Shown: one piece after another, positions 1 through 14,019 of the stretch
Layout of the letters: every line of letters begins with the position of its first letter
How positions within the stretch are numbered: position 1 is the stretch's first letter
Assembly: GCA_964016885.1 (NCBI GenBank)
Contig: OZ024742.1
Location: forward strand, 120,776,001-120,840,000
Reading direction: 5' to 3'
Source: Eledone cirrhosa
Taxonomy: Eukaryota
Length of the DNA stretch: 64,000 bases
Position numbers and translations under genes: made by a program
The notes under the pieces: generated by a model
What the model saw: only the letters and a program-made list of their open reading frames with translations
Database searches by the model: none
What the model was told of the DNA's origin: nothing

Positions 1-190
1 GATCAGAGAGCAGGCTGGTCAAATTAAAGCCCTCTCAAACCAATTAGAAAACCTGACCTTTCGAACACACCGGCGGCACAGCAACAGTCGATCCAAGCCC
101 TTTCACCGTCGAAGATCCAGAAGTCACAGTCAAAATCGTGTGTCTAACATGGAAATAGAGATTGCAAGGCAGTATACTAGAGAAAATTGA
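1..190 (+). mobile_element. possible Ty3/gypsy gag-like remnant (window-truncated)
   Basis: Frame 2 reads IREQAGQIKALSNQLENLTFRTHRRHSNSRSKPFHRRRSRSHSQ. A coiled-coil followed by an RS-rich tract resembles gypsy Gag, but no zinc knuckle follows. Confidence 0.3.
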
Positions 191-1127
191 GACATCATTG
201 GGAAAAGTGTGCACAGAGTGATAACATCATACTTACTCTTATTGACGTTAAGAAGAAAGAGGTATGGAAGTGTTACTACAAGGGGTTGTTGAAGGAGAAG
301 AATACTTGGGAGAGAGGGGCTTACTCCAAGTAGTGCCAACTGAGGTACAAGCCAGCCAAAATCAGTCATAAAAATCTAAATTATATGTTTACCATGACAA
401 GCAAACTTACAAATTTACACATATAAACTGCATTTCCCTTGTGAATTGGATGTGTAATTTTAAAATATGCTCCCTCTCATGGGCTTTGACGAGAAAATAA
501 ATGTATTTAAAAGTATTGACAGCAAAAGGAAAATATTGCCATTATTTAGTTCTTATGAAAATTAGTTCCATTGCACATAATAAAGACGGGAGATATATTC
601 TATTATTTCTAGTTATGTAATTGATTACAAAAGAATGAGTATGAATGTAACATTTACGGTTTAGAATGTGGTTTCTTTTGGAGAGATATTGATTTTATTA
701 TTATTTTCAGAGAGACATAATGGCTGAATCGATAAGAAGATGCTTGCCCACAATATCATGAATTTACCATATTTCTGAGCAAAACATTCAACTTTACTCA
801 TATATTGCTTTAAGTCTAATTAAGGATTCCTATAGATTTTTGTTTTATTAAGAATTAATTATTTTGGAGATATCATCTGAGAAATGACTGAGTAATAGAA
901 ATATTGATTAAAGAATGAGAAAGTAATTACTATATTTGAATGAATCCTAGTTTTTAGAATAGACACACTAGAATGTATGAAGTCTGGAAGAGCATCCACT
1001 GTAAAATACTACATCAAAAGCCCTGTTCAACCCATGCTAGCATGGAAAAGCTAGTTTAAAAATGACACATTGAATATGTGAAAGTGGAGAAAGAACTTGA
1101 TCATCAATGATTTGAAATGAATTATAT

Positions 1128-1830
1128 ATCATCATCATTGTTTAACATACATCTTCCTTGCTAGCATGGATAGGATGGGCTGACCCTTTTGGAGAGAATC
1201 AGGTCAGAGGACCGTGTTTCGCTCATCTGGGGCTTATTTTGGCTTGGTTTCTATGGCTGGATGCCTTTCCTAACGCCAATCCCATTTACAGTGTGTGCTG
1301 GGTGTTTTGTGCTGTGTCACCAACATGACCCCTTTACAGTGTGGAATGGGTGGTTTTTGTCTTGACACATACATGACCACTATACAGTGAGGACTTGTCA
1401 CTTTTGTCGTAGCTCCAGGGGTGGGGGGGGCAGTTCATGGTGTAGGATGGGAACTAGTGGGGTGGGGGAGAGAAGCTTGAGGAAATTGAGAATGTCGGTA
1501 ATGGGGGGAGGGATGGTTACAGCAAGGGAGATGTATGGGAGGGGAGAAGGTAGCAGAAGGTGTTGCCTATTAGATATATGCATCAGTTCAAGCATATGGG
1601 AGGGAGGGTCTTCTGTAGTATTGCATAGCGCCAGAGGTCGCGGTCCTGTGTGAGGTGTAATTGTGCAAGGTCAGCTTCTATTACCTCATCCCAAGTCTTC
1701 CTAGGCCTACCCACTCCATAGCCACCATCGACTTTGAGCACTCTGCACATTTTTATACAGTTGTTATCCTTCATATATATCAAGCCCTTTTTCAAACCAA
1801 AACACTTAAAGCCATTCCTGATACTATGAT
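1128..1830 (-). mobile_element. RTE LINE 3' fragment (RT C-terminus plus 3' UTR with (GAT)n tail)
   Basis: The minus ORF MKDNNCIKMCRVLKVDGGYGVGRPRKTWDEVI...DRDLWR matches the end of the 44571-45587 ORF. The UTR motif ggatgcctttcctaacgccaa is shared with the full copy. Confidence 0.85.
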
Positions 1831-2589
1831 ACAAAATTGTTTATTTTAAAGTGTTTAATATTTACCTAAAAAACCTTCCATTATAATTTTTTGTCAGAAC
1901 CTTTGTTATGTTCTAAACACCAACTGCTAACTCTAGTGTAAGATTTAGTTTGTTTATAAGAACTTTTTTTATCTGTCCACTTCAGTCCTTTTATTATTGA
2001 GCACTATCTAATAAAAACAAAACACTATTAAAGGGAACCAAAAAGTAATAAAACAGGATCAAGCAATGAAGAAAAGGGAGAAGGGGATGGATAGTGCCTC
2101 AGCCATGCCCCATGGACAAAATGGCAAAGGCATTACCAGAGACACCCACTGCAACAGCCACACCATCTCATGGGGCACCCTCTTCAAAGGGGCCACAGCT
2201 TTTCCGATAGAGACTGATGCAAAAGACCAACAAAACCCAGGTTTGTGACCTAAGTGACATAGTTTAATTATGACAAATTTAGATATTACTAAATCCTTCA
2301 AAATTCTTCACTATTTTCAAAATGATTAAAAAATTCTAAATAGTGTTTTTCATATAACAAAAGAGTTAAAAAGGCTAAATGAAAAAAAAGGCTAAATGAT
2401 ATAACTAAAGAGACCATGCAAGTTTTAAAAATTCAAACATTACTATAATAAAAATGATTACAATGGTGTTTGTTTCTCTTCTGTCTCTAGTTATCAATTA
2501 TTTCCAATGTAAACTAGTTTGTGGTAAATTGATTGGACTCTCTTAGAACTGGAACTAAAAATATAAAAGACAATTTAGACTAACCTTGA

Positions 2590-3130
2590 CTGGATCAATG
2601 AATAGATAGGTGGATGAGGCTATTCTTCTTCTTTGTCCACTTATTCCTGAGAGGGTCATGGGGACAGAGTCCTCAAACACTCTTTCCAGTGAGTCCTGTC
2701 ACAAGCAACCGTCTCCAACTGATCTGGCTGGATCCCCAAGTAAGACCAGCCAAGCTCATGGATGTTATCCAACCATCTTGCCCAACCTACCCCTGAGTCT
2801 CCTGTCAGTTGGTTTTTGCCAGTAAAATCTGTCCAGTGATTCTTTAAAGAGACATTCTAACCACAAGTTCATAGTATTGAAACTATGACCTCTCAATTTG
2901 GAGAAGTATCAGCTCTACCTAGAGTGACTCTCTGATCTTCAAGCTACACACACTATTGAGTAATGTTACACCAAACAACCTTCAGAGGAATGCCATTTCA
3001 GCCACTTGTATTTACGATCATATTCTTTCGGTCATTACCCAAGATTCATGACCATAGGTAGGGGCTGGCACAAATACTGAATTGAAGATAGCGATTTTGG
3101 CTTTTACACCTACTTTCCTTCTTCTGATGA
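2590..3130 (-). mobile_element. degenerate RTE-type LINE 3' fragment (different subfamily)
   Basis: The minus strand translates to WVMTERI..IQVAEMAFL and GRLGKMVG-like RTE C-terminal motifs, with stops. Confidence 0.6.
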
Positions 3131-3574
3131 CTGAATGCTGAAGCTGGGGTGGATGATGCTCATTTTTCAAATTGAAAGTTTAGTATTAATATGATTGCAT
3201 GACTAGTTTTACAAATGCAATAAAAAGTATTGAGTTTTATCATGTTTCTTAATACACATGTACAAACATATACATACACATGCGTTCTTTGCTCAGTTAT
3301 TTGAGGGAACGTTTTTTTAATAGCTCTAACATTTTTCTAACTTGTTCTGATTATCATTTCTTTTCAGATAAATCTCCACAATCACTTCACCTCAAACATA
3401 TGGCCTCCTAAATCTGTTGGTTGGACTACTACATATGGAGTGTAGTCAAAAGGGAAGACAACCAACACCCCCATAACACTATAAAATCTCAGAAATTCGC
3501 CTAAGTAGCACAATGAGACATTTGACAATAGAATGCTTCGTTTTTTGCCTTTTAACCAAAGGCAGAGAATTGAC

Positions 3575-3720
3575 AGTCATTATGGTGTCAGATTAAACAT
3601 GCCTCCATATTTGTTTCCAGCTCACTGCACTCTGAGTCCAAATCCTGCCAGTGTCAATTTTGCTTTTTCATCCTTTCAAGGTCGATGAATGCTGTACTAA
3701 TCCAGTACTGGGGTCAAGTC
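3575..3720 (+). mobile_element. degenerate tRNA-derived SINE
   Basis: ctgagtccaaatcctgcc...tttgctttttcatcctttcaaggtcgat matches the SINE core seen at 14933, 16595 and 24378. Confidence 0.6.
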
Positions 3721-4269
3721 TAATTCTCTCTTTAAATCTTTCTTGAAGAAATTAAATATGTTGTGACCTTGTAAAGGGTGGGCTCTGCCAAGTTTAAATA
3801 TACATAAGACATGCTATGTGTCTGGACAGTGCTTCTATGACTTCACCAGGAATTAAGGACTCTTTGCTTTACTTTTGACTAATAAAAATAACGATTTAGA
3901 AACACAGTGACATGATGTGATAACAGATGGACAGAAAATATAAAAATCATAATAAAGATTGAAGTATGTATTGAGAGTTAAGCTACAAGAGCTGGGAAAC
4001 TGTAAAGCATAAAAACACAATCTAAGCAAGATATCTTTAAAACAAGATCTATCAAGATCCCAACCTTCACCAAAGCAAGAGGAAAGGTTTGAAGTAACTT
4101 CCTTTCTTGGTCAGTTATTTCAGAGCATGGTCCATGATGACAATTGTATACAATGGATAAACAAGAATAAAAAAAATACCATGATATTCATAATTACAGA
4201 ATAATTATTAAATTTCATCTTACAATGAAAGCTTAAATGTAAATAACTAAATAATTAACAAAGATATGA

Positions 4270-5455
4270 ACTGAAGCTCAAAGGAATCTCAAACAAATGT
4301 TTATTAAAAAAATATAAATTGAAGTTCTGCAGTAAATATACAAAGGTGCACAGGAATCTCAAACACATAATGTTTATAAAAATAATTAATTGATCATCTG
4401 CAGTAAATATACAAAGGTACACAGGAATCTCAAACACATAATGTTTATAAAAATAATAAATTGATGCTCTGCAGTAAATATACAAAGGTACACAGGAATC
4501 TCAAACACATAATGTTTATAAAAATAATTAATTGATGCTCTGCAGTAAATATACAAAGGTACACAGGAATCTCAAACACATAATGTTTATAAAAATAATA
4601 AATTGATGCTCTGCAGTAAATATACAAAGGTACACAGGAATCTCAAACACATAATGTTTATAAAAATAATAAATTGATGCTCCGCAGTAAATATACAAAG
4701 GTACACAGGAATCTCAAACACATAATGTTTATAAAAATAATAAATTGATGCTCTGCAGTAAATATACAAAGGTACACAGGAATCTCAAACACATAATGTT
4801 TATAAAAATAATTAATTGATGCTCTGCAGTAAATATACAAAGGTACACAGGAATCTCAAACACATAATGTTTATAAAAATAATAAATTGATGCTCTGCAG
4901 TAAATATACAAAGGTACACAGGAATCTCAAACACATAATGTTTATAAAAATAATTAATTGATGCTCTGCAGTAAATATACAAAGGTACACAGGAATCTCA
5001 AACACATAATGTTTATAAAAATAATAAATTGATGCTCCGCAGTAAATATACAAAGGTACACAGGAATCTCAAACACATAATGTTTATAAAAATAATAAAT
5101 TGATGCTCTGCAGTAAATATACAAAGGTACACAGGAATCTCAAACACATAATGTTTATAAAAATAATTAATTGATGCTCTGCAGTAAATATACAAAGGTA
5201 CACAGGAATCTCAAACACATAATGTTTATAAAAATAATAAATTGATGCTCTGCAGTAAATATACAAAGGTACACAGGAATCTCAAACACATAATGTTTAT
5301 AAAAATAATAAATTGAAGCTCTGCAGTAAATATACAAAGGTACACAGGAATCTCAAACAAATAATGTTTATAAAAATAATGAATTGAAGCTCTGCAGTAA
5401 ATATACAAAGGCACACAGGAATCTTAAACAAATAATGTTTATAAGAAAATAAATT
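4270..5455. repeat. 71-bp minisatellite, about 16-17 copies
   Basis: Unit ctctgcagtaaatatacaaaggtacacaggaatctcaaacacataatgtttataaaaataataaattgatg. The repeated ORFs are offset by 71/142 bp and the edge copies are degenerate. Confidence 0.97.
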
Positions 5456-6304
5456 CATCTTAGTTAACATTTATGATTCCATTCCTAAAACTGTTTCAAT
5501 CTCAGCTGACATTTATGATTGCTTGGAGGGCTTTAAAAGAAACCTTTACCGAATTGAAATCTGCCAGTGCATAATCTTTGTGGTTTAGCAGTCTCTCATT
5601 ATGTTATAAATGATAAGGGCAAATGAATATATCACTTGGACTGTTGTTAAATAGTTTGTTTGTTAGTTTGTTTTATGGCTGGATATCTTTGTAGGGTTGC
5701 TTTGACATTTAAATAGAAAGAATCATTCATTGAAGTTGCATTGCTTGATATGTTATAATACAGCTGAGCTATCATAATTATTTCAATAAAGTTTTATACT
5801 TATTTCAATAATGAAGAAAAGGCTCTTAGAAAAGAGCAGGAAATAAGAAATGTATAAAACTAAAAACTTGGCAGAGCCAATTTCAATGAAATAGATTTTC
5901 CTCAAAATCATTTCAAGCATTTTGGGAGTAACAAAATTTGAATACAAAATATTCTCAGAAAAATTCCTATATTTAGAATGAACATTTTTCTAATATCTTC
6001 AATAGGTTCTTCATTACAAAATAATTTAAACTTCTTATCCAATTTTTAATAGTGTTCTGGGATTTAGAGATATAGAAACACTAACATTGATATGTATCAT
6101 TGAAAAACTTAATATACTGATGAGCTTTAGGTGGTTGCACGGTCTGTTAGAAAGAGCAGCCAAATCATCAGCCTCAAATCATACTTTCTTAAAATATTAT
6201 AACATAAAACTATCTTTAAAAAGGTAATAATGCATTGGATAGTGTAACCTTATGTACACAATGCTTGAGGAAAAGATGGTATGTTCATGACTGAAATATC
6301 TTTT

Positions 6305-6343
6305 CAACAACAACAACAACAACTATAACAACAGCTACATCAA

Positions 6344-6423
<80 letters not shown>

Positions 6424-6443
6424 GCAGCAGCAGCAGCAGCAGC

Positions 6444-6495
<52 letters not shown>

Positions 6496-6585
6496 GCTAC
6501 ATCAACAACAGCAGCAGCAGCAACAGCAACAACAACAACAACAACAACAGTAGTAGCAGCAGTAACAACAACCACAGCAATAACA
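6305..6585. repeat. compound (CAA)n/(CAG)n trinucleotide microsatellite
   Basis: Alternating aca/gca runs, with an internal duplication of acagctacatcaacaacagcagc. Confidence 0.95.
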
Positions 6586-7033
6586 GTTTAAAATATTCTT
6601 TCGTGACAAACACTGTAGAAAAGTTATACGATTTCACCAAACTCAGTGGAAATATGATTTTGATTCTGTCTACTATCTCAGTCAACCTTCTCTACCAGAC
6701 ATCAGCAACAAAGACCTTTAATTATATTAGCTTACAAATAACATCCTTCAGAGGGAACATGATGATCTTCTCTCCCAAGACAACCACTACAAATATCAAG
6801 AAAAACATCTTACATTACATTTCTCTTATGCATGAACAACTCACTGCTAAAGTCCAAGATATCTTATGACTTCTCTTAACAACATCACGTATATCATGAG
6901 ACAATGAAAGACAGATTTGAATACATGCATTGAAATCCTGTGGTATATGTATGAGGACCTAAGGATGGTATAAAGTACATTGCCATTGCACTCCTAGCTT
7001 GTACCAATCACTACCTGAATTCATCCAATACAC

Positions 7034-9133
7034 CAGTGGTTCCCAAAGTGGGTTCTGCAGAATCCAAGGGTTCCACAAATGAGTGTCTGGGGTTCTGTGA
7101 AAAAGGTAGAGGAATATATCTATATTATGACAATAGGTAGAGGAATATATCTATAATATGACAATAGGTAGAGGAATATATCTATAATATGACAATAGGT
7201 AGAGGAATATATCTATATTATGACAATAGGTAGAGGAATATATCTATAATATGACAATAGGTAGAGGAATATATCTATATTATGACAATAGGTAGAGGAA
7301 TATATCTATATTATGACAATAGGTAGAGGAATATATCTATATTATGACAATAGGTAGAGGAATATATCTATAATATGACAATAGGTAGAGGAATATATCT
7401 ATATTATGACAATAGGTAGAGGAATATATCTATAATATGACAATAGGTAGAGGAATATATCTATATTATGACAATAGGTAGAGGAATATATCTATAATAT
7501 GACAATAGGTAGAGGAATATATCTATATTATGACAATAGGTAGAGGAATATATTTATATTATGACAATAGGTAGAGGAATATATCTATATTATGACAATA
7601 GGTAGAGGAATATATCTATATTATGACAATAGGTAGAGGAATATATCTATATTATGACAATAGGTAGAGGAATATATCTATATTATGACAATAGGTAGAG
7701 GAATATATCTATATTATGACAATAGGTAGAGGAATATATCTATATTATGACAATAGGTAGAGGAATATATCTATATTATGACAATAGGTAGAGGAATATA
7801 TCTATATTATGACAATAGGTAGAGGAATATATCTATAATATGACAATAGGTAGAGGAATATATCTATATTATGACAATAGGTAGAGGAATATATCTATAT
7901 TATGACAATAGGTAGAGGAATATATCTATAATATGACAATAGGTAGAGGAATATATCTATAATATGACAATAGGTAGAGGAATATATCTATATTATGACA
8001 ATAGGTAGAGGAATATATCTATAATATGACAATAGGTAGAGGAATATATCTATATTATGACAATAGGTAGAGGAATATATCTATATTATGACAATAGGTA
8101 GAGGAATATATCTATATTATGACAATAGGTAGAGGAATATATCTATATTATGACAATAGGTAGAGGAATATATCTATATTATGACAATAGGTAGAGGAAT
8201 ATATCTATATTATGACAATAGGTAGAGGAATATATCTATATTATGACAATAGGTAGAGGAATATATCTATATTATGACAATAGGTAGAGGAATATATCTA
8301 TATTATGACAATAGGTAGAGGAATATATCTATATTATGACAATAGGTAGAGGAATATATCTATATTATGACAATAGGTAGAGGAATATATCTATATTATG
8401 ACAATAGGTAGAGGAATATATCTATATTATGACAATAGGTAGAGGAATATATCTATAATATGACAATAGGTAGAGGAATATATCTATAATATGACAATAG
8501 GTAGAGGAATATATCTATATTATGACAATAGGTAGAGGAATATATCTATATTATGACAATAGGTAGAGGAATATATCTATATTATGACAATAGGTAGAGG
8601 AATATATCTATAATATGACAATAGGTAGAGGAATATATCTATAATATGACAATAGGTAGAGGAATATATCTATAATATGACAATAGGTAGAGGAATATAT
8701 CTATATTATGACAATAGGTAGAGGAATATATCTATATTATGACAATAGGTAGAGGAATATATCTATATTATGACAATAGGTAGAGGAATATATCTATATT
8801 TTGACAATAGGTAGAGGAATATATCTATAATATGACAATAGGTAGAGGAATATATCTATAATATGACAATAGGTAGAGGAATATATCTATAATATGACAA
8901 TAGGTAGAGGAATATATCTATATTATGACAATAGGTAGAGGAATATATCTATATTATGACAATAGGTAGAGGAATATATCTATAATATGACAATAGGTAG
9001 AGGAATATATCTATATTATGACAATAGGTAGCGGAATATATTTATATTATGACAATATAACAGTATTAGACTTGCCCCCAAAAGTTTCTGAACCAAAAGG
9101 GGTTCCACATTTGAAAAAGTTTGGGAAACTCTG
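7034..9133. mobile_element. hAT (Charlie-like) MITE inflated by an internal minisatellite
   Basis: TIRs CAGTGGTTCCCAAA / TTTGGGAAACTCTG. The 8-bp TSD caatacac lies at 7026-7033 and 9134-9141. Confidence 0.9.
7103..9056. repeat. 31-bp minisatellite, about 63 copies
   Basis: Unit aataggtagaggaatatatctata(t/a)tatgac. Confidence 0.98.
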
Positions 9134-9242
9134 CAATACACCAATCTGTTCTCCTTTTATCATCCATATTGTGTGTCTCACTCAATTGCCAAAACCCATA
9201 CTAAATCCTTGCCTCACTCATTCCTTGTTAGAGGCACCACTT

Positions 9243-9925
9243 ACCATCATCATCACCATTTAATGTCCACTTTCCACGCTAGCATGGCTTAGATAGATTG
9301 TCCCATTTGAGGCAAGTTGGGTTAGGTGACCATGGCTTGCTCATATAGAACAAGATTTCTACAGCTGGATGCCCTTTCTAATGCCAACCACATTTACAGT
9401 GTGGGCTGGGTGCTTTTTGTCACAACACCTACATGACCACATTACAGTGTGGGCTGGGTGCTTTTTGTCACAACACCTACATGACCACATTACAGTGTGG
9501 GCTGGGTGCTTTTTGTCACAACACCTACATGACCACCTTACAGTGTGGGGTGGGTGCTTTTTGTCACAACATCTACATGACCACCTTACAGTGTGGGCTG
9601 GGTGCTTTTTGTCCCAACACCTACATGACCACCTTACAGTGTGGGGTGGGTGCTTTTTGTCACAACACCTACATGACCACCTTACAGTGTGGGGTGGGTG
9701 CTTTTTGTCACAACACCTATATGACCACCTTACAGTGTGGGCTGGGTGCTTTTTGTCACAACACCTACATGACCACATTACAGTGTGGGCTGGGTGCTTT
9801 TTGTCACAACACCTACATGACCACCTTACAGTGTGGGCTGGGTGCTTTTTGTCACAACACCTACATGACCACATTACAGTGTGGGGTGGGTGCTTTTTGT
9901 CGCAACACCTACACAACCACTTTAC
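9243..9925 (-). mobile_element. RTE 3' UTR fragment with expanded 39-bp minisatellite (about 13 copies, 9390-9925)
   Basis: The RTE tail catcatcac...tttaatgtccactttccacgctagcatgg and ggatgccctttctaatgccaacc lead directly into the unit ttacagtgtgggctgggtgctttttgtcacaacacctacatgaccac. Confidence 0.9.
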
Positions 9926-10457
9926 CAACCACTGGAAATCTCTCTATTTTAATTCACTACATCGAAATGACGACTTCATTGTGACCAGGACGACATATTG
10001 AACTACTAAACACTATAACTATGAAGCCAATATAATATAGTGCATGAAATATTTGGCTTGGAAAGAAAGAAAACAATAATCATATCTTTCAGAAAGAGCT
10101 ATATTTGTAACTTTCAGAAATAATTAGGATGACCTTCACCTTGCTTTGATTAAATAAATATATTAATAATTTCCTGATTCTTCTTAAGGATTAATTGAGT
10201 AATTGACTTCAGGTTTGTTATACTTTGCTTTACAATTATTCCTTTTATTTATAATTTCTTTATTTATTAATAGCTTTGGCAAAAGACTTGATCTGAAATT
10301 ATGTGCTAAAATGGACATTGTTCTGTTTTGGGGGATTCATATTAGCAATGTATTAAATATAACACGCACACCAGTGTTGTTCACTTATTAATTCTTTTTT
10401 TATTTTTTAATTAATGTTTCATCATATGTCTGCAACCTGACTCCTGATCTTTCTCTT

Positions 10458-11010
10458 ATATCATATATATGATATCATATATTAGATATCACATATTAGA
10501 CATCATATGTATGATATCATATATTAGATGTCATATATTAGATAACATATATTAGATATCAAATATTAGATATCATATATTAGATATCATATATCAGATA
10601 TATATTAGATATCAAATATTATAGATCATATATCTGATATCATATATTAGATATTATAGATCATATATCAGACATTATGTATTAGATATATATTAGATAC
10701 CATATATTCGATATCATATATTAGATATCATATATCAGATATCATATATTGGATATCATATATTAGATATCATGTATTAGATATCATGTATTACATATCA
10801 TACATTAGATATCATATAGTAGATATCATATATTAAATATCAGATATAAACGATATCATATATTAGATATATATTAGATATCATATTAATATATGATATA
10901 TATTTAATATCATATAGTTGATATCATATATATGATATTATATATCAGATATCATATATTAGATATCATATATGATATATCATATCTGAGATACCATATA
11001 TTAAATATCA
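10458..11010. repeat. degenerate about 13-bp AT-rich repeat (atattagatatc-like)
   Basis: Imperfect tandem copies of gatatcatatatta. Confidence 0.9.
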
Positions 11011-11769
11011 TTAGCTGGTGTTTTAATAATAAATGCATTTAATAAATGGTATATATGCCTCCCAACAATATAACGATTTCTTTTTGTAATGCTAGAAAAA
11101 TAAATGGTGACTAATGAGTTGAAGAGAATATAGGAAGAAAAGACAAAATGAACTTAGCTATATGATGGAAATATGGGAAATCAACTTTTCAGGTTTGGTT
11201 AAGTTTTGTGTGAGAAATATAGAATTTCTTAAACATTAACACTATCTTGGGGGAATTGGCAAACTTTCAGTTTGATAACCAATCACAAGTTCTAATACAG
11301 AATATCAATGACATGTTTTTCGTTTGGTGAATATCATATTTCAATATTTTTGAGGTGCACTATTAACTTTCTTTATCTTTTATGATTAATTTTTAATACT
11401 GTTGTACCGATGTATTTTGTGGAGGGTCATTTAGAGTTCAATTCTGAGCCAATAAAGTATAAAAAGTGTATGTGGCGCATAAAAACAATTCAAGACTGTA
11501 ACAATATCTAACACATACACTTGTGAGCCAATGAAGGGCCTTCTAAGGGGTTGTTTGACCTGATAGAAATAGTAACCAATCATCACTCAAATTATACCTT
11601 AATATCTTCGAAAGGATGTGGGGGCTGTTAGGTAATGTAATCTTAAACATGCAATAGTTGTAAAAGGAATTCCATTGATCATGTATCTGTTCAGAAAGGG
11701 CTTACTTGAGACAAAACAACACATATTTACATGTATCAACGTATGTATGTATGTTTCTCTTTCTCTTAA

Positions 11770-12145
11770 TTTCCAGTACATTTTTGACTGACCACCTTCT
11801 TAGTGGCAAGGTTGTAAAAGAAAAGAAATGGTCATCCCTTGAATCACAAGAATATTTTGAAAATTTTGAAGGTGCCAGTTATTGCAACCATTTGTATTCT
11901 ATGAATTAGGGAGCTGCACTCTTTGTCCACAAATCTAAGTTCAGTCATACTTTGGTCCAAGCGGGTTGATATATAATCTGTAGCCCCAATAATGATGGGT
12001 ATAATGCTGGAGGTGTATCTTGGATACTGGATCTGCAAACTCCTCATCAATAGTTCGGCGATGTCCTCCTTCCCCTGTATTTTTCTTACAACATTGACAT
12101 CATGTGGGCAGCTGATCTCTACAATAGAACATGTTTTCAATAATA
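11770..12145 (-). mobile_element. R4/Dong/NeSL-type LINE, restriction-like endonuclease C-terminal fragment
   Basis: ORF KTCSIVEISCPHDVNV...K...IIPIIIGA...ITGTFKIFKIFL is a typical REL domain end. Confidence 0.75.
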
Positions 12146-13629
12146 TCAGGCCAGTTGTACTTTAATGTATGTATGTATGTATCTATGTATGTATATGTGT
12201 GTGTGTGAGAAGGTGCATGACTTAGTAGTTAGAGAATTGGATTTGTTATGTTCTTGAGCAAGACACTTAAATTCAGTTTGCTCTTTCTGCCAGGGGTTGT
12301 GACTGGTAGATAGTATTAACAATGAAAAGACCAATGGAAACATTGTTTCCTTGATCTGATTTAATGAGTTCTATCCCTCTTGGTAAGCAAATAGGGTTTG
12401 GGATCATGTTGATTGATTAAAAAAAAATATTTGTAGTCCTGTATAATCCTAAATAGGATACACCAGAACTGTTGAAACCTAGCCATATTGTGGCATGGGT
12501 GTCCTGTCATTTCATACATTAGTTTATGTATTATAAGAATTAATATGATAAATGTTATATGCAACACAGTGGGATACATGATATATACAACACAGTTGGA
12601 ATATATGATATATAGGATCAATATAAATGTTATATGGAATACAAGACAATAAATGTTATATGAAGCACAATATATGTTGTATGCAATACAATATTATAAA
12701 TGTTACAAGGAACACAATATGATATATGTTGTTTGCCTCATAATATGATATATAGAACACAATACAATAAATGATATATAGAATATTAAATTAATATATG
12801 GTATATGCAACACAAAATAAATACAATTGCATCCAGAGAAATAGGTAAGTAAACATGGCTGCAAATGTCTGTTCAGTTTTAAGGTAAATCAGTTCAACAA
12901 ATGTATAGCAGATAATAAAACCTGGATCCAATTCTGCAGTGTTTTACTGAAGTTGAACCATTCCTAGGATGTTCAGACCTACTTAATTATCAATGTTCTG
13001 ATTTCTGAACCAAACTGAGTTAGTTTGTAATTAAGTTTTTGTATTGTTCTTATGGGGAAGTGAAACTGAAATGCCATAACTTATCTTGAATGACACCAGG
13101 GTTTCAAGAGTTAGCTTGGGATTGATATTTTTTTCCTTGAGGTGTCTACATGATTTATTCTGCTTCATTAGTAGAAGCATAAAAGAAAAAAACTAAACAT
13201 TAATGTTGATTCCTGAAGCAAAAAGAGGGGAAGGTAATGGGAAGAGTGAGGTTTGCTTCAGATTTGTTTTACATTTACAGTAAAACAATAGCTAGGTAAA
13301 ACAGAAAATAAAAAGAAAACAAAAACAGATTACAAATTTTGTGTTTCTTTTAGATCTTTTGAATTAGTTTTTATTGGTTTTTCTTATGCAAGAAATATCC
13401 TTTCATCTGTTGGCAAGATGAACAAATAAGGAATAGAATGTCCATCTTTTTTCACAACATAATTTGTATTTATGCTGTACCCTTAACAAGAAAATAACTT
13501 GTAGCTGGAGGTTATATAATGCTTTATGTTAGATCTTACATCAGTTTCAGTGTTAAACACATTCGGTTGTTTGATTAACTGAATGTTCTACTTGTTAAGT
13601 TAAGTGGCTGAGTATTCCACAGACATATG

Positions 13630-13845
13630 TCCCCTGTCACAACAAAAAGCACCCAGCCCACACAGTAAAGTGATCGTGTAGGTGTCATGACATAAAGCAC
13701 CCAGTACTCACTGTAAATGAGGATGGCATTAGGAAGGGCACCAAGCTGTAGAAACCAAGCCAAAATCAGTTCTGTATGAGCAAAATATGGTCATCTGATG
13801 TGGAAAACAGTGTCACATAAAACAGTGATGATGATGATGATGATG
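13630..13845 (+). mobile_element. RTE 3' UTR fragment
   Basis: aaaagcacccag...ggcattaggaagggca..gctgtagaaacc followed by a (gat)n tail. Confidence 0.75.
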
Positions 13846-14019
13846 AATCAGTGTGACAACTAGACCTTTGAATTACAGATACAATCCATCCAATTTATGG
13901 TACAAGTGTTTCATAAAACCTACAGTTTGACAAATGTGTCCAAACACGGAAGAACCAAACTCCCACTGTTATTGCCGCCATTTCTCCCCCCCCCCCCCCA
14001 TCTCTCTGTATTATGAGCA

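Noticed and set aside
6285-6585. Polyglutamine or polyvaline coding exon
   Set aside because: A trinucleotide microsatellite with no supporting splice sites or flanking coding signal.
4270-9056. Regular repeats as possible CRISPR arrays
   Set aside because: Head-to-tail units without unique spacers, in a eukaryotic context with no cas genes.
9359-10001. Cys/His-rich repeat ORFs resembling metallothionein or zinc fingers
   Set aside because: A 39-bp minisatellite derived from the RTE 3' UTR, open in several frames.
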